Part shown: piece by piece, positions 1 to 12,695 of the stretch
Numbering within the stretch: position 1 is the first letter of the stretch
How the letters are laid out: the number at the start of each line of letters is the position of its first letter
DNA from: Eledone cirrhosa
Lineage: Eukaryota
Length of the DNA: 64,000 nucleotides
Assembly: GCA_964016885.1 (NCBI GenBank)
Contig: OZ024742.1
Location: forward strand, 204,662,001 to 204,726,000
Direction of reading: 5' to 3'
Notes under the pieces: generated by a model
Seen by the model: only the letters and a program-made list of their open reading frames with translations
What the model was told of the DNA's origin: nothing
Database searches by the model: none
Translations under genes and position numbers: made by a program

Positions 1-90
1 AGGGACTTATTTTATTACATGTTATCCATGTGCAACCTGCAGTATTCTTCTCCCCATTTTTTCACATATATATATATATATATATATATA

Positions 91-2146
91 CTAGCATTAA
101 AGCCCGGCGTTGCTCGGGGTCAGTAAGTTACCAAAGTTAGGTTGCACCACCCATTTTATGGCACCACTTTTTTGTCTGCCATGCACTGGTTGAATGAATT
201 GCAAGCCTGCACTGCCGAAGCAGGAGCTGCGCCAGCAATGACAATTGTACTTTCGCCTATTGATATTATCTCTGTGCAAAGAAGTGTTCAAATTTATTGT
301 TTCACAGTATTTGCGCAACACGCGCGTAGACGATGCCAGCCGAACAACAGAGCTGCGATGGAGTTGTTCTGCATGACATGTTTTAACGGGGGAGGGGTGG
401 ATTGACGGAACCGCAAACAGGGGCCTGAAAACATTGTCGAATTATGACAACCAAAAAAGAGGAAGACGGGTGATTGTATGGTTGGTGCATCATGTACGTC
501 GGACGTAGAAGATGAGCCTGCTGATGTGCCGACGGAGAGAGGGAAATAGAGCTGAGCGGAGGCCAGGTGTTGGTGAAGTGTGAAGTAATTGCAGGGAACC
601 GCCTATAAATGTAAATCCCGTCATTAAAGCATTGTTGACCCTTTGAGAGTCGTACGGAGGTGAAATACTAACCTGTCCACGGTCCTTCGAGGCCCACCAA
701 ACGGGGGTTGGTGAGGAGCAACAGCTGATATTTGGGTAGGGTCGGAGTTGCAATGAAGCTTTGTAACGCCGCGAGAATCAGCCTTTGTACGGCAGATGGT
801 GGGGAGTGTCCAGTGCACTGCAGTGAAGGTTAACCCTAGAAAGTACTCACGAAAAGGCAAAAAATAAAAAAATAAAAAAGTTATAAAAGCATCACTCTTG
901 CTGCCGACACGCGAGCAGCCAACGTAAAGCTGACCATGAGAGAAACACGGCTCCCCCAAATGTATTCCCGCGACAGACAGTGTTTGTCCCTGCGCTTTGT
1001 TAATTGACATTGCGAAGCATGGCCTGACCGGGAACTGGGACCTCCGAAATGTGAAAGGTAGGTCTGCTCCTGATGGGAAAAGATGCATCCTCGGTATGAG
1101 CACAACCTTGCCCCGACCACACCCTGTGATTATCGTGGCCTCAATCAGATTGGGAGCTAAGGACTTAACGACCAAACGTGTGCCATTGCATTGTTTCGGC
1201 GGAACCAAATTTCGAATCAGCATTATAGGGGCACCAACTTTAAGTTTCAAAATGTGTGGGGGTAATCCGGGGGGCTCAAAGGAATTTAGTACCTCTATTG
1301 GATAGTTGATGGCGTCCTCGGGGTCAGGAGTTCTATCGATATACTTATATACGTAGCCATCCCCAGGAATGAGTTTTAGCATTTGATCATTAATATGGTT
1401 AAGAGTTTTATTCCTCGGGGCCAGAATAGCCCTTTGGACAAGCCAATCCATATTATGATAATTTGCTTGGAGATCTAGGAACACTGCATCCCTGAGATCA
1501 GAAGGCGTACTAACAACAGTACAAAGTGAGTCGATGGCAATATTACCCTTTTCATCCCCGGACGTTTTGCCTTCGCCAAGTGCAAGGAGGGTGTGAGAAA
1601 ATGCTGCTGATGTAATATCACCTCGCATATGAGCACGCATGTTAGTGTGAAGTTTCAGAGTCTTCCCCAGGGGCCAATATGCGGATGACTTAAGACACGC
1701 ACGTACTGCATCAGCTCTAGTCCCCTTGGGAATAACGGGAAGCGTTTGCCTGAAGTCCCCTGAAAGAAGAAGTGTTATGCCTCCCATTGGAGCCGTAGAG
1801 TCGTTGATGTCTCTCAGAGTTCTATCGAGCGCCTCAAGAGCACCTCTGTGGGCCATCGTGCATTCGTCCCAAACGATAAGCTTGCATCGTCTGAACACTT
1901 CTGCCTGATCGGAGCTCTTACTGATGTTGCAAATGGGTGTCTCAGTATTCGCTAAGTCAAGCCGGAGCTTGAAATAGGAGTGAGCTGTCCTGCCGCCCGG
2001 CAACAAAGTAGCTGCAATTCCAGATGATGCCACAGCTAAGGCAATGCCTTCTGTTCGCCTAATCTCAGCTAATATTAATTTGGTGACAAAAGTTTTCCCA
2101 GTCCCTCCAGGAGCGTCCAGGAAAAAAATCCCCCCAGCTTTGCCAT
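91..2146 (-). mobile_element. Helitron, 3' portion (PIF1-like helicase plus canonical 3' end), 5'-truncated
   Basis: The minus strand ends ...CCCGAGCAACGCCGGG (hairpin, 103-118), an 8-nt spacer, then CTAG|T into (TA)n. The helicase ORF lies upstream. Confidence 0.9.
880..2146 (-). CDS. PIF1-family SF1 helicase domain of Helitron RepHel (fragment)
   Basis: FFLDAPGGTGKT (Walker A, just upstream of ORF 624..2033), GGRTAHS, IVWDECTM, GDFRQTLPV, CNGTRL, FAMSINKAQGQTL, HGQLYVGCSRV. The ORF tail after motif VI is non-homologous read-through. Confidence 0.92.
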
Positions 2147-3073
2147 AACATATATTTAGCTACCACATCAAGACGTAAATTATCCGCGTATAGTTCGTAC
2201 TATCCGTTAGGGTATAGTGCAGGAATGTTTTGTGCAATTTATGTTTACAAGCCGAAAATATCTCAGATTTTTTGTTTAAGATGTGGTCTTTGGCGTAGAG
2301 TATACCCAGGACTAGCAGCGCAGAGGTCACATGGTCTTTTATTTCCGTTATACGATCTAGTCCTAGCCAGGATCTCCCAGTGTAACTTATATTGGGTCTG
2401 GTTGTCTTTTAGACTCCAGATATAAGCTGAAAGTGACGTCATATTCCTTCTTAAAGGGTTAAGAAAAGAATGGGTATGCATGGAAAGACGCCGCTTGAAT
2501 CTATTGGCGGTTAACCCTATGTAGGCCCTACGGACGTGGGTGCTTCAACCTTACATTTGTAGACAATGTTACTAGAGAGACATTTCCCGGATGGGGGCAG
2601 TTAACCTGATTCCTACAATTACAGTTAGTACTAGCTACACGGTTGCACGTGTTCCTACAGCTAGGTAATTTAGCTAAATTTGAAGCTGTGATGTTATGTG
2701 CAAGTTTAGGAGTCGTAGAGTAAGAAATGTTAATGGTATTTCTATTAAAAATGTTACTATATTTATGTGCTGGGGGGGGGGGGATGCTTCATAATAAGGG
2801 AGAGAAAGATCTTAGCTAATGGTGTGGCCACCTCCATATCATATGGTAGGTTATACCATATAAATGCGTCGGGATCTATTTTTCCTAGGTCTATTCTCAT
2901 ACTCTGTATATGCTACCTTATCGACAAATCCACTCCGAGCAAGAGCTTCATTGTAATATGTGGAATGGTCGGTGAGAATATGGTCGTTTGTAGATAGACG
3001 GGAAAGCCTCAAAGAAACGTTTCTTACCAGGTTCTTGGTTATGCTGGCAGGATGGTTAGAATGATTACTTATG

Positions 3074-3075
<2 letters not shown>
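2147..3075 (-). mobile_element. Penelope-like element 3' fragment (end of RT region plus GIY-YIG endonuclease), frameshifted
   Basis: YISNHSNHPASITKNL, NIFNRNTINISYS, CNCR..CPL-type linker, YIGLTANRFKRR, SLSAYIWSLKD, CDLC. Closely similar to the + strand copy at 12696-13270. Confidence 0.85.
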
Positions 3076-3111
<36 letters not shown>

Positions 3112-3330
3112 ATACACACACATACATATATATATAAATAAATATATATAGATACACATACATATACACATATATAAAAAGTGTGTAAAAATTGCCTCCT
3201 GTGTTTTGTTTCTTCATTTTTTAACTATACACACCACTCACATATATTTATATATATACATATATATACACACACATATATGTATATATATATATATAAT
3301 ATATATATATGTATATATATGTATATATAT

Positions 3331-3441
<111 letters not shown>

Positions 3442-4370
3442 ATATATAATATATATATATATATACATATATATACATATATATATATTATATATATATA
3501 TATATACATATATGTGTGTGTATATATATGTATATATATAAATATATGTGAGTGGTGTGTATAGTTAAAAAATGAAGAAACAAAACACAGGAGGCAATTT
3601 TTATATTTGTATATATATATATATATTAATATTTATATATACATATATTTATATGAGTATATATATAATTATATATATGTATATATATAATTGAGGTTGT
3701 TCAATATTTTTTAATTACCGGCAATGGTGCAAATATGAGCACTCAATGCAATAGCAATGTATGTATTAGTTTATATATTAGTTTATATTAGTGTATATAT
3801 TAGTTTATATATATATATATATATAAGTTTGATACGACAAAGTTTCACTTTAAAATGCTTTTATTGAATATCGACCGTTAAATACGTTTCACAGATGATT
3901 GGCTCGTGATCGATATCGATGTCATAGACCTGACTCCAGCTTTGATCTGAGGCTCGTATAAATCTTAGTATATACACTGTGCTATTGCATTGAATACTCA
4001 CATTGGTACCACGGCTACTAATATAAAAAATACTGAATGACCTAAATTATGTATGTATATATAATTATACACATACATACATATATATATACACATACAT
4101 ACATATATGTATATATACATATACATACATATATACATATATACATATATACATATATACATATACATACATATATACATATACATATATATATACATAT
4201 ATACATACATACCCACTTACATCAAGTACAGTATAGTGTAGATATTATAGGGGTTCTTAGTCTGACGGCTAAGCTCATACCGTTTCGATAGGAATATGTA
4301 TCTATGTGTGTCTGTGTGTCTGTGTGTGTGTTTGATATTACATATATATATACATATGTATATATATATG

Positions 4371-4468
<98 letters not shown>

Positions 4469-4498
4469 GTATGTACGTAAATGTATATATATATATAT

Positions 4499-4532
<34 letters not shown>

Positions 4533-4767
4533 ATATGAAAGTATAGAAATTATTGTGAGCAGGAAGCCAACAGTATTTCATAATATATAAGTGACTATAA
4601 CGTCAAAATGGAAAAATAGTTAACGTAAGATGTGGGAAAATAATTTAAACTCAATTTTAAAAAAATCAAGACAGATTTATCCACAGAATTTTGTGAAATC
4701 CAGGGAAATATATATTATGTCAGGTCACCAGTTGGTGCTATTGGTAACATGTATCCCATTGTCCTTC

Positions 4768-6056
4768 GGTACATCTTATGCTATACACTACATTTCTAGT
4801 TTTACAGTTAATATGGGGGCTTATTTTACAGGTTATACATTTCTTATCTATACATGAGGGTCTTTGAAAAGGGTATGTCTTGCTAATGAGTGTTTTTACG
4901 GAGGTACCTGGTCTTTCTACTATCTTAATATTGCAACCTGTGCCCTACAAGACCAGCAAGAGGCAGACCACCTACCATTACCTCAATAGCCAAGAAAACC
5001 CACACAGATAGATGGAACGGGTGGACCAGAGCCATACGGACACCCGAAAACCACGATGAACTGAAGAAAATGATTGCACATGCGGTAGGGGCCAGCATAA
5101 AACTAACCCTTAAGGAACATATGTTCAAATTTAATGGAAAAACATATGCCCAAGAGGAAGGAGCAGCCATTGGTGTTAGCATTGCAGGCGACATAGCTAA
5201 CTTATTCATGGTATGGTGGGACAGTAGACTTAAACTTAAACTTAAAGAACAATTAGAAGACCCCTTAACCCTGATAATGTACTTCCGCTACGTTGATGAT
5301 ATAAACATCGTAGTTAAAACACCCCCACTAGAGAACAGTCAGGAATTAGAGAAAAACACAATGGAAAGCATCCAGCAAATAGCTAACTCCATCCACCAGA
5401 GTATTAGAGTTACTATAGACTACCCAAGTAAACACCCCAACCACAGAGCTCTGGTTAGATACCATTAATAACAAAAAACAAATCCTCCATTCCCATTATG
5501 CCAAACTCATGACTCAGCTGTTTCGGACCATACCAAAATCAACATACTGATTACGGATTTGGTACGGGTGATGAGAAACGTGTCCCGCATGTGCAACCCC
5601 GAAGAACTAGAGTGACACATACAACACTTCATCCACCGTATGCAGTTCTCTGGTTACAATCAGAGAGATAAAATCAGAGTGTATAGAGGAGCCAGAACCA
5701 AATGGGAAAAAATGGTAAATAATGACACAAATGGGACCTGCCCCTTGTATAGGAGCAAATTTTGGAATAGAATAGAAAGAACTAGGAATAAGGCTAATAG
5801 AATAAACTCGTGGTATGATAGCAATAAATACCAGAGGGTAATGTTCATCGATACAACCCCTAGAGGTGAATTAGCTTACAAATTTAGAAGGGCCCTAGAC
5901 AAACATAAACTCAATATTGAGATAGTAGAAAGACCAGGTACCTCCGTAAAAACACTTATTAGCAAGACATACCCTTTTCAAAGACCCCCCTGTATAGATA
6001 AGAAATGTATAACCTGTAAATTAAGCCTCCATATTAACTGTAAAACTAGAAATGTA
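4768..6056 (+). mobile_element. Penelope-like element fragment (RT core to linker) with a 5' inverted segment
   Basis: GAAIGVSIAGDIANLFMVWWD, YFRYVDDI. 4768-4925 is a slightly diverged reverse complement of about 5920-6060. Confidence 0.85.
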
Positions 6057-8918
6057 GAAATGGTAGAAATAACAGTAACAACAACAATAACGGTGGAGAA
6101 AACAACAACAATACATCTAACAATCACAGCAACAATACATCTAGCAATCATAACAATAATAATAATGCTAATGATAGGAACAACAACCACCATAATAACA
6201 ATTATAGCAACACACAGAACTATGACGAAAGATATAATGACAATTCCTTACAGAACCTATTCTTCAATCCAGCTGACAAAACATATAAGATGGGTAATAT
6301 CTATCCTACGAGGTTACCCTTTAATAAAAGGGTTTGCATACCACAACAAATAGATGACAGAGGCACAGTTCACCATAGCTAGAAATAAGATTAGACAAAT
6401 AGTAGACCGGTATACTAAGAGACAGAGCAGATCTGAGGTCCAACAACTTGGGAGGAAACCTTTAGAAGGCTTGGTTAGCCTCAAGCAGCGCACAAGAGAT
6501 GGTGAGGTAGTATGTCTACCCACGGATAAGTCTGGTAGGATGTCAATAGACAGCATGCCGAACTACATCAAGGCTATGCAACCCCACATCACCAAGACGA
6601 GCGAAATTGCACAGCAAATACATGATGGGAGAGAGAAATCCTCAACGCTCACATGAGGATGTGGGCCGACATCCTAAAGCCAAGCAAACGCACTGCCAAC
6701 AACTTCCAGGCGTCGTCTAACAATAGCATACCACCCTTGTATGGGCTCCGCAAAGACCACAAGACAGTCGACGACCCGACAACAGGACCACCAACAAGAC
6801 CTGTATGCGGAGCAAATATAACTAGCAACTACAGGATCTCCTACTTCCTCTCAATGGTTATACGCCCCATAATCAAGATGTCCCCAGATGTATGTGACAG
6901 TACAGAAGACCTCCTCAGCAGAATCAGTGAGTGCAACAAAAACAGGAACCTATCCAACTGCATAATAGGCAGCATGGATGTGGTATCACTGTACCCATCC
7001 ATTAACATTGATTTTGCTGTGGAAAAATGTGTGGAGATGATCATTGAGAGTGAGGTAGAGTTCTGCGACGTCGACACAGACGAACTGGGCCTCCTACTTA
7101 GACTTACCTACGACACTGACTACCTAGACAGCCATGACCTTAGACGTTTCTGCCCCAGTAGACCCATAAGAGGTAGACCCCCACCATAACCTCAATGGCA
7201 AAAAAGACTCCCATGGGAAGGTGGATTGGGTGGACCAAAGCTATACGGACTCCCCAAAACAATGATCAGGTAAGAAAAATGGTCGCACATGCAATAGGGG
7301 CTAGTATCAAAACTACCCTAAAGGGCCACATATTCAAATTCAACGAGAAGATCTACACCCAAAGTGAGGGAGCAGCCATTGGCGTCAGCATAGCTGCTGA
7401 TGTTGCCAACCTTTTTATGGTATGGTGGGAAAGGAGACTCAAAGAACTCCTTGATGAGAGCTCCATAGACCTCATCATGTACTCTCGTTACGTAGACGAC
7501 ATCAATATAGTAATAAGGACATCCCCACAAGAGAGTACTAACAAGTTTGATTTAGAACGTAGCACAATGGAAAGCATCCAGCAGACAGCTAATTCCGTAC
7601 ACCAGAGTATAACTAACTATCGACTACCCTTCCAAACACCCTAACAATAGACTACCTGTATTAGTATTAGACACAGAACTCTGGATTAACACTATAGACG
7701 AGAGAGCCCAAATCCTCCACTCACACTATGCTAAACCCATGGCCTCCAAATAACTGATACTCAAAAACTCAGCAATGTCCAGTAGTGCTAAGTTTAATAT
7801 TCTGATCGCAGACTTGGTACAAGTGATGAAGAACGTATCCCGCATGTGCGACCCAACAGAAATGGAAAGACACATCCAACACTTCATCAACCCCATGCAG
7901 GGAAATTAGCTAACCAGTGTAGAAAGGTCCTGAGAAAGACCCACTTAAAGATTAAGGTGGTAGAAAAGCCAGGAACCACCATAAAATCCCTGATCAACAA
8001 AACCTACCCTTTTAAGAAAACCCACTGTACTAATAGGAAATGTATTATATGTAAAGTAAACCCCCGGATAAACTGTAAAACTAGAAACGTAGTCTATAGC
8101 ATAATATGTACATAGGGTACTTGCAGAAACATGACAACAACATACATAGGCGAGACAGCTCGTAGCATAGGTGAAATGATAGACCAACACTGGGGGGGGG
8201 GGGGGGGGGACTAAAAGGACGAAAAAACGCGTCAGTACTATACGAACATGCCAGACAACAACACGACGGTAACATAGACAACATAGAAATCAGAATAATA
8301 TCTAAACATAGAAATGACCCAGCAGATAGGCAAATCAGAGAGGCCAGCGAAATAGAACTTAGAAGGCCAGGGCTAAACAGAAAAAATGAATGGAATAACA
8401 ACAACACCCAAACAAACAACACTGACCTAAGAGAAGTAAAAATAAATAAAATACATACACAAACACAATAACAAGAAACACATATAAACACACACTAGTA
8501 AACTAAGATAGAATACAATAACCAATACACAGTCAACTAAACACGAACACACATCAAACAAAACACTATACACACACGCAAACGCATGCGCAGAGAAGAC
8601 AAAAAAATGAATAAATAAATAAACAGACTAAATAAAGATAGCGTAGGCATACAATACAACGGGGGGAAACATAATAGCACCACTGACGATGTTGTAGATG
8701 TGCAACGAAAGAACTTTCTTAGACTATATGTATGTGTTTGTGTCTATATTGTATCTGTATTTTTGACCGTTGGTCAGTCAATGGTAACATTGAAGACGAA
8801 TAAATTAAATTAACCGATATAAAAGACACAGAAGCGAAAACCAACCAAACAGTGAGTGTGTTCTGTTATTAATTCTGGCAATATTATTACACAAATATGA
8901 CCCTCCCCAAGTATAACA
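6057..8918 (+). mobile_element. Penelope-like element, long degenerate copy (Asn-rich N-region, RT, GIY-YIG, 3' UTR)
   Basis: PTDKSGRM, PPLYGLRKDHK, SMDVVSLYPSI, YSRYVDDI, CKTRNVVYSIIC..YIGETARS, LNRKNEW. Ends ATGACCCTCCCCAAGTATAACAA(TA)n, the same terminus as the minus-strand copy at 17027-17050. Confidence 0.88.
8676..8730 (+). ncRNA. Degenerate type I hammerhead motif in PLE 3' UTR
   Basis: CTGACGA-T-GTTG(TAGATGTG)CAAC-GAAA-GAAC. Stem I is not intact. Equivalent position to the intact motif at 17187-17231. Confidence 0.45.
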
Positions 8919-8982
8919 ATATATATATATATATATATATATGCATATATATACATATATATATATACATATATATATATAC

Positions 8983-9021
<39 letters not shown>

Positions 9022-9058
9022 TATACATATGTATATATATATATATACATATATATAC

Positions 9059-9092
<34 letters not shown>

Positions 9093-9216
9093 ACATATAT
9101 ATATTTACATGTGTATATATATATATACATATATATATACATGTGTATATATATATCTATATACATATATACATATGTGTATATATATATATATATATCC
9201 TCAATATATACATGTG

Positions 9217-9250
<34 letters not shown>

Positions 9251-9251
9251 C

Positions 9252-9291
<40 letters not shown>

Positions 9292-9313
9292 GTGTATATA
9301 AATATATATATAC

Positions 9314-9348
<35 letters not shown>

Positions 9349-9360
9349 TATATATGTATA

Positions 9361-9426
<66 letters not shown>

Positions 9427-9849
9427 CATATACATATATATATATATACATATGTGTATATATATATATAGAATAGAATGAAACGAAATTTCATTTCTCA
9501 CTCTTAGTACGGCACTTACTTACAAACGAACAAACCGAGCATTATAATAAATGTTCGGTAAACTGATACGTGCATATATATATATATATGTGTGCCTGTA
9601 TGTATATATATACATGCTACTGTACGTCTGTATACATATATGTATGTACGTATACATACATACTTACATTTAAGTAAGTGCCGTACTAAGAGTGAGAAAT
9701 GAAATTTCGTTTCATTCTATTCCATTTATCGTTTTCGGTGCGCCTGGCCGACTGAACTCACTCGATATGCAAATTAGGCTGCTCAGCCGTTAATTTTCAT
9801 AAGGAAAGTATATACTTTCGAACGTTCAACCATCTGGCAGAAAGGTATA

Positions 9850-9890
9850 CGGTGCTGACGATAGCTAATAAGCTTTAAACTAGTACATCG
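9850..9890 (+). ncRNA. Minimal type I hammerhead motif with mutated core (GAAA to TAAA)
   Basis: CGGTG-CTGACGA-TAGCT(AATA)AGCTT-TAAA-CTAG-TA-CATCG. Stem I CGGTG/CATCG and palindromic stem III ACTAGT. Confidence 0.6.
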
Positions 9891-10155
9891 TTCCTGTGTC
9901 AGTGTTGAACAAAAAGGTGACGTGGTTGCCTAAACACTGTACTGCGTAATTCAGTCTGTTTGTTTGCTTTTTAACAAACGAACAAACCGAGCATTATAAT
10001 AAATGTTCGGTAAACTGATACGTGCATATATATGTGTGCCTGTATGTATATATATACATGCTACTGTACGTCTGTATACATATATGTATGTACGTATACA
10101 TACATACTTACATTTATATATATATATGCATATATATATACATATCTATATATAC

Positions 10156-10208
<53 letters not shown>

Positions 10209-10255
10209 TACATATGTATATACATATATATATATATATATACATATGTATATAC

Positions 10256-10295
<40 letters not shown>

Positions 10296-10400
10296 GTATA
10301 TACATATATATATATACATATGTATATACATATATATATATACATATGTATATACATATATATATATACATATGTATATACATATATATATATATACATA

Positions 10401-10432
<32 letters not shown>

Positions 10433-10469
10433 CATATGTATATACATATGTATATACATATGTATATAC

Positions 10470-10530
<61 letters not shown>

Positions 10531-10534
<4 letters not shown>

Positions 10535-11310
10535 CTGCATCACTAATTGCCAATGGAATCCAACGTGCCCTAAAACTCAGTACCCAGGACCTTAGACACC
10601 CTAAAGTAAATCAACCGAAACTAAAAGCTCTTCCATACATCTCCACACACAACCCCCTCAAATTAAAATACGGGAATACAGGAAAATACCACTGAGTGAA
10701 CACATTGATACCTGTGCCGCCCAAAATCATCCCAACTTTAGAATCTTTCCCCTCTACAAATTTAAAGATAATGCCACCCACAGCAGCGCATCAGCAAGGA
10801 ATCTCACTTTATTAACAAATACGGACCCCGTCTAAACACTTCTCCCTAAGACGAACCCACAACATCAACACGTCAACATACATACCTACATCAGCATACA
10901 TCCTACATATATTTCTATCCACATATAAACACAATGACATACGTAAACACACATGTTCAGTGGTGCAACACAAATATACACAAATTTGCATACCTTTTGA
11001 TGTCTATAGATATAAACGTGCCGACACACACACATACATATACGCCCACATGCATTGCACACTGATGGGCACATACATATTTGTACACAAGTATTCCAAT
11101 ACGGCAGGGCCTAATGGATTCCCCTTGCAGTACGTACAATCTGGACACTCTCACACACCTTGGTGTCATGACAATACTATATATCATTTCACACCTTTTA
11201 TTATTAATGTTTTTGATGTTCTCTTGAGAGAATCGTTTTTGCTGAAAATATCGAATAATGTACACCATTTTTACCAGTATCACAAAAATACTGGTCCACC
11301 ACCCCCTCAC
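10531..11310 (+). mobile_element. Internally deleted 3' fragment of the PLE family at 17990-20775
   Basis: [33 protein letters not shown] matches the 647-aa ORF. It then jumps to GIY-YIG C-terminal-like sequence ([17 protein letters not shown]). The 3' boundary is uncertain. Confidence 0.75.
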
Positions 11311-11380
11311 ACATTTACACACACACACACACATATATATACACACACACATACACACGCGTACACTAACATACAAAGAG

Positions 11381-11412
<32 letters not shown>

Positions 11413-11511
11413 TTCTCCGTATAAGGCAAGAGCTGAAATATAACTTTCAACATGTTAAAACACGTACAGACTCATTCCTACTGACCGATCCCTCTACCAC
11501 GAATTACTCTG

Positions 11512-11559
<48 letters not shown>

Positions 11560-12147
11560 TTGTCTTAATAGGCACCTGAACTGTTGACCTTTCAACATGA
11601 CTGCAATTCACACACACATCCCTACTGACCATTATCACAACAATGAACCTCTTTACTACACACACACACACACACATATTTGTCTTAAAATACTTATTTT
11701 TCAGTGACTTCTCAATCAGGCGAAAAAGGACACTCTTCGACAAACCTACATTTGGCGCAAAATCAATTTTTAACATTCACGTGACCTCTACAGACCAATC
11801 AAAATTGTTTTGACCACAAGAATTTTTGCAACACGAATTGGCGCGAAACTTATTTTAATACCTCTGGAGCCACTTTTTTCACATAAAACAGGTAGAATTT
11901 CCAAAACTGATCAGATTAGAGCAAACATCACGGGGGCACTATCTCAAAACTATCAGAAATACGCAAACGGTAAAAACTTAAAACTTAAACTGAATACTAA
12001 CCAATACTATTACTAATTTTTACTTATTCCTAATTAAACTATTTTTCACTGGGAACAATTTGTCAGCATTTTCTTTTCCTTTTACCAATATATGTACATA
12101 TACATATATATATATACATATATATACACATATATATACATATATAT

Positions 12148-12214
<67 letters not shown>

Positions 12215-12228
12215 TATATAGATATACA

Positions 12229-12262
<34 letters not shown>

Positions 12263-12414
12263 ACACATATACATATATATATAAACATACATATATATAT
12301 ATATAACACATATATACATATATATATATACATATATAACACATATATATATACACATATATATATATATACATATATATATACATATATATATATACAT
12401 ATATATATATACAA

Positions 12415-12648
12415 TATATTAACAAATGGAAACTATATTTATTAAATAAGAAACTATATTTATTGATTTTATTATACATATTTCAAGGGCCACGAAGGCA
12501 AATTATGGTCCGCTTTCATCAGATGAAATACAATACAGATTAGTTTTATAAATAAATATTGACATACCTTGAAAAAAAGACAACCTTAACGGTTGGAGCT
12601 TCCTGGATTTTTAAGCTTGTTGAATCCCAACAAATTAAATATAACCTC

Positions 12649-12651
<3 letters not shown>
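12415..12651 (-). mobile_element. Solo PLE 3'/pseudo-LTR fragment, with a second partial copy at 14916-15062
   Basis: Homologous to 53996-54140 (AAATGGAAACTATATTTAT..., ACAATAYAGA..AGTTTTATA). Contains an HHR. Confidence 0.7.
12465..12533 (-). ncRNA. Type I hammerhead motif
   Basis: Minus strand: TATTTCAT-CTGATGA-AAGCGGACCAT..GTGGCCCTT-GAAA-TATG-TA-TAATAAAAT. Core intact, stem I weak. Confidence 0.65.
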
Positions 12652-12682
<31 letters not shown>

Positions 12683-12695
12683 GAGGTTATATTTA

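Noticed and set aside
624-2033. Host PIF1 gene
   Set aside because: Intronless, Helitron-type motifs, and a Helitron 3' terminus downstream.
5545-8120. In-frame stops in PLE ORFs as possible selenocysteine recoding (reported for Naiad PLEs)
   Set aside because: These elements have C-terminal endonucleases. The interruptions include TAG, TAA and frameshifts at non-Cys positions, consistent with decay.
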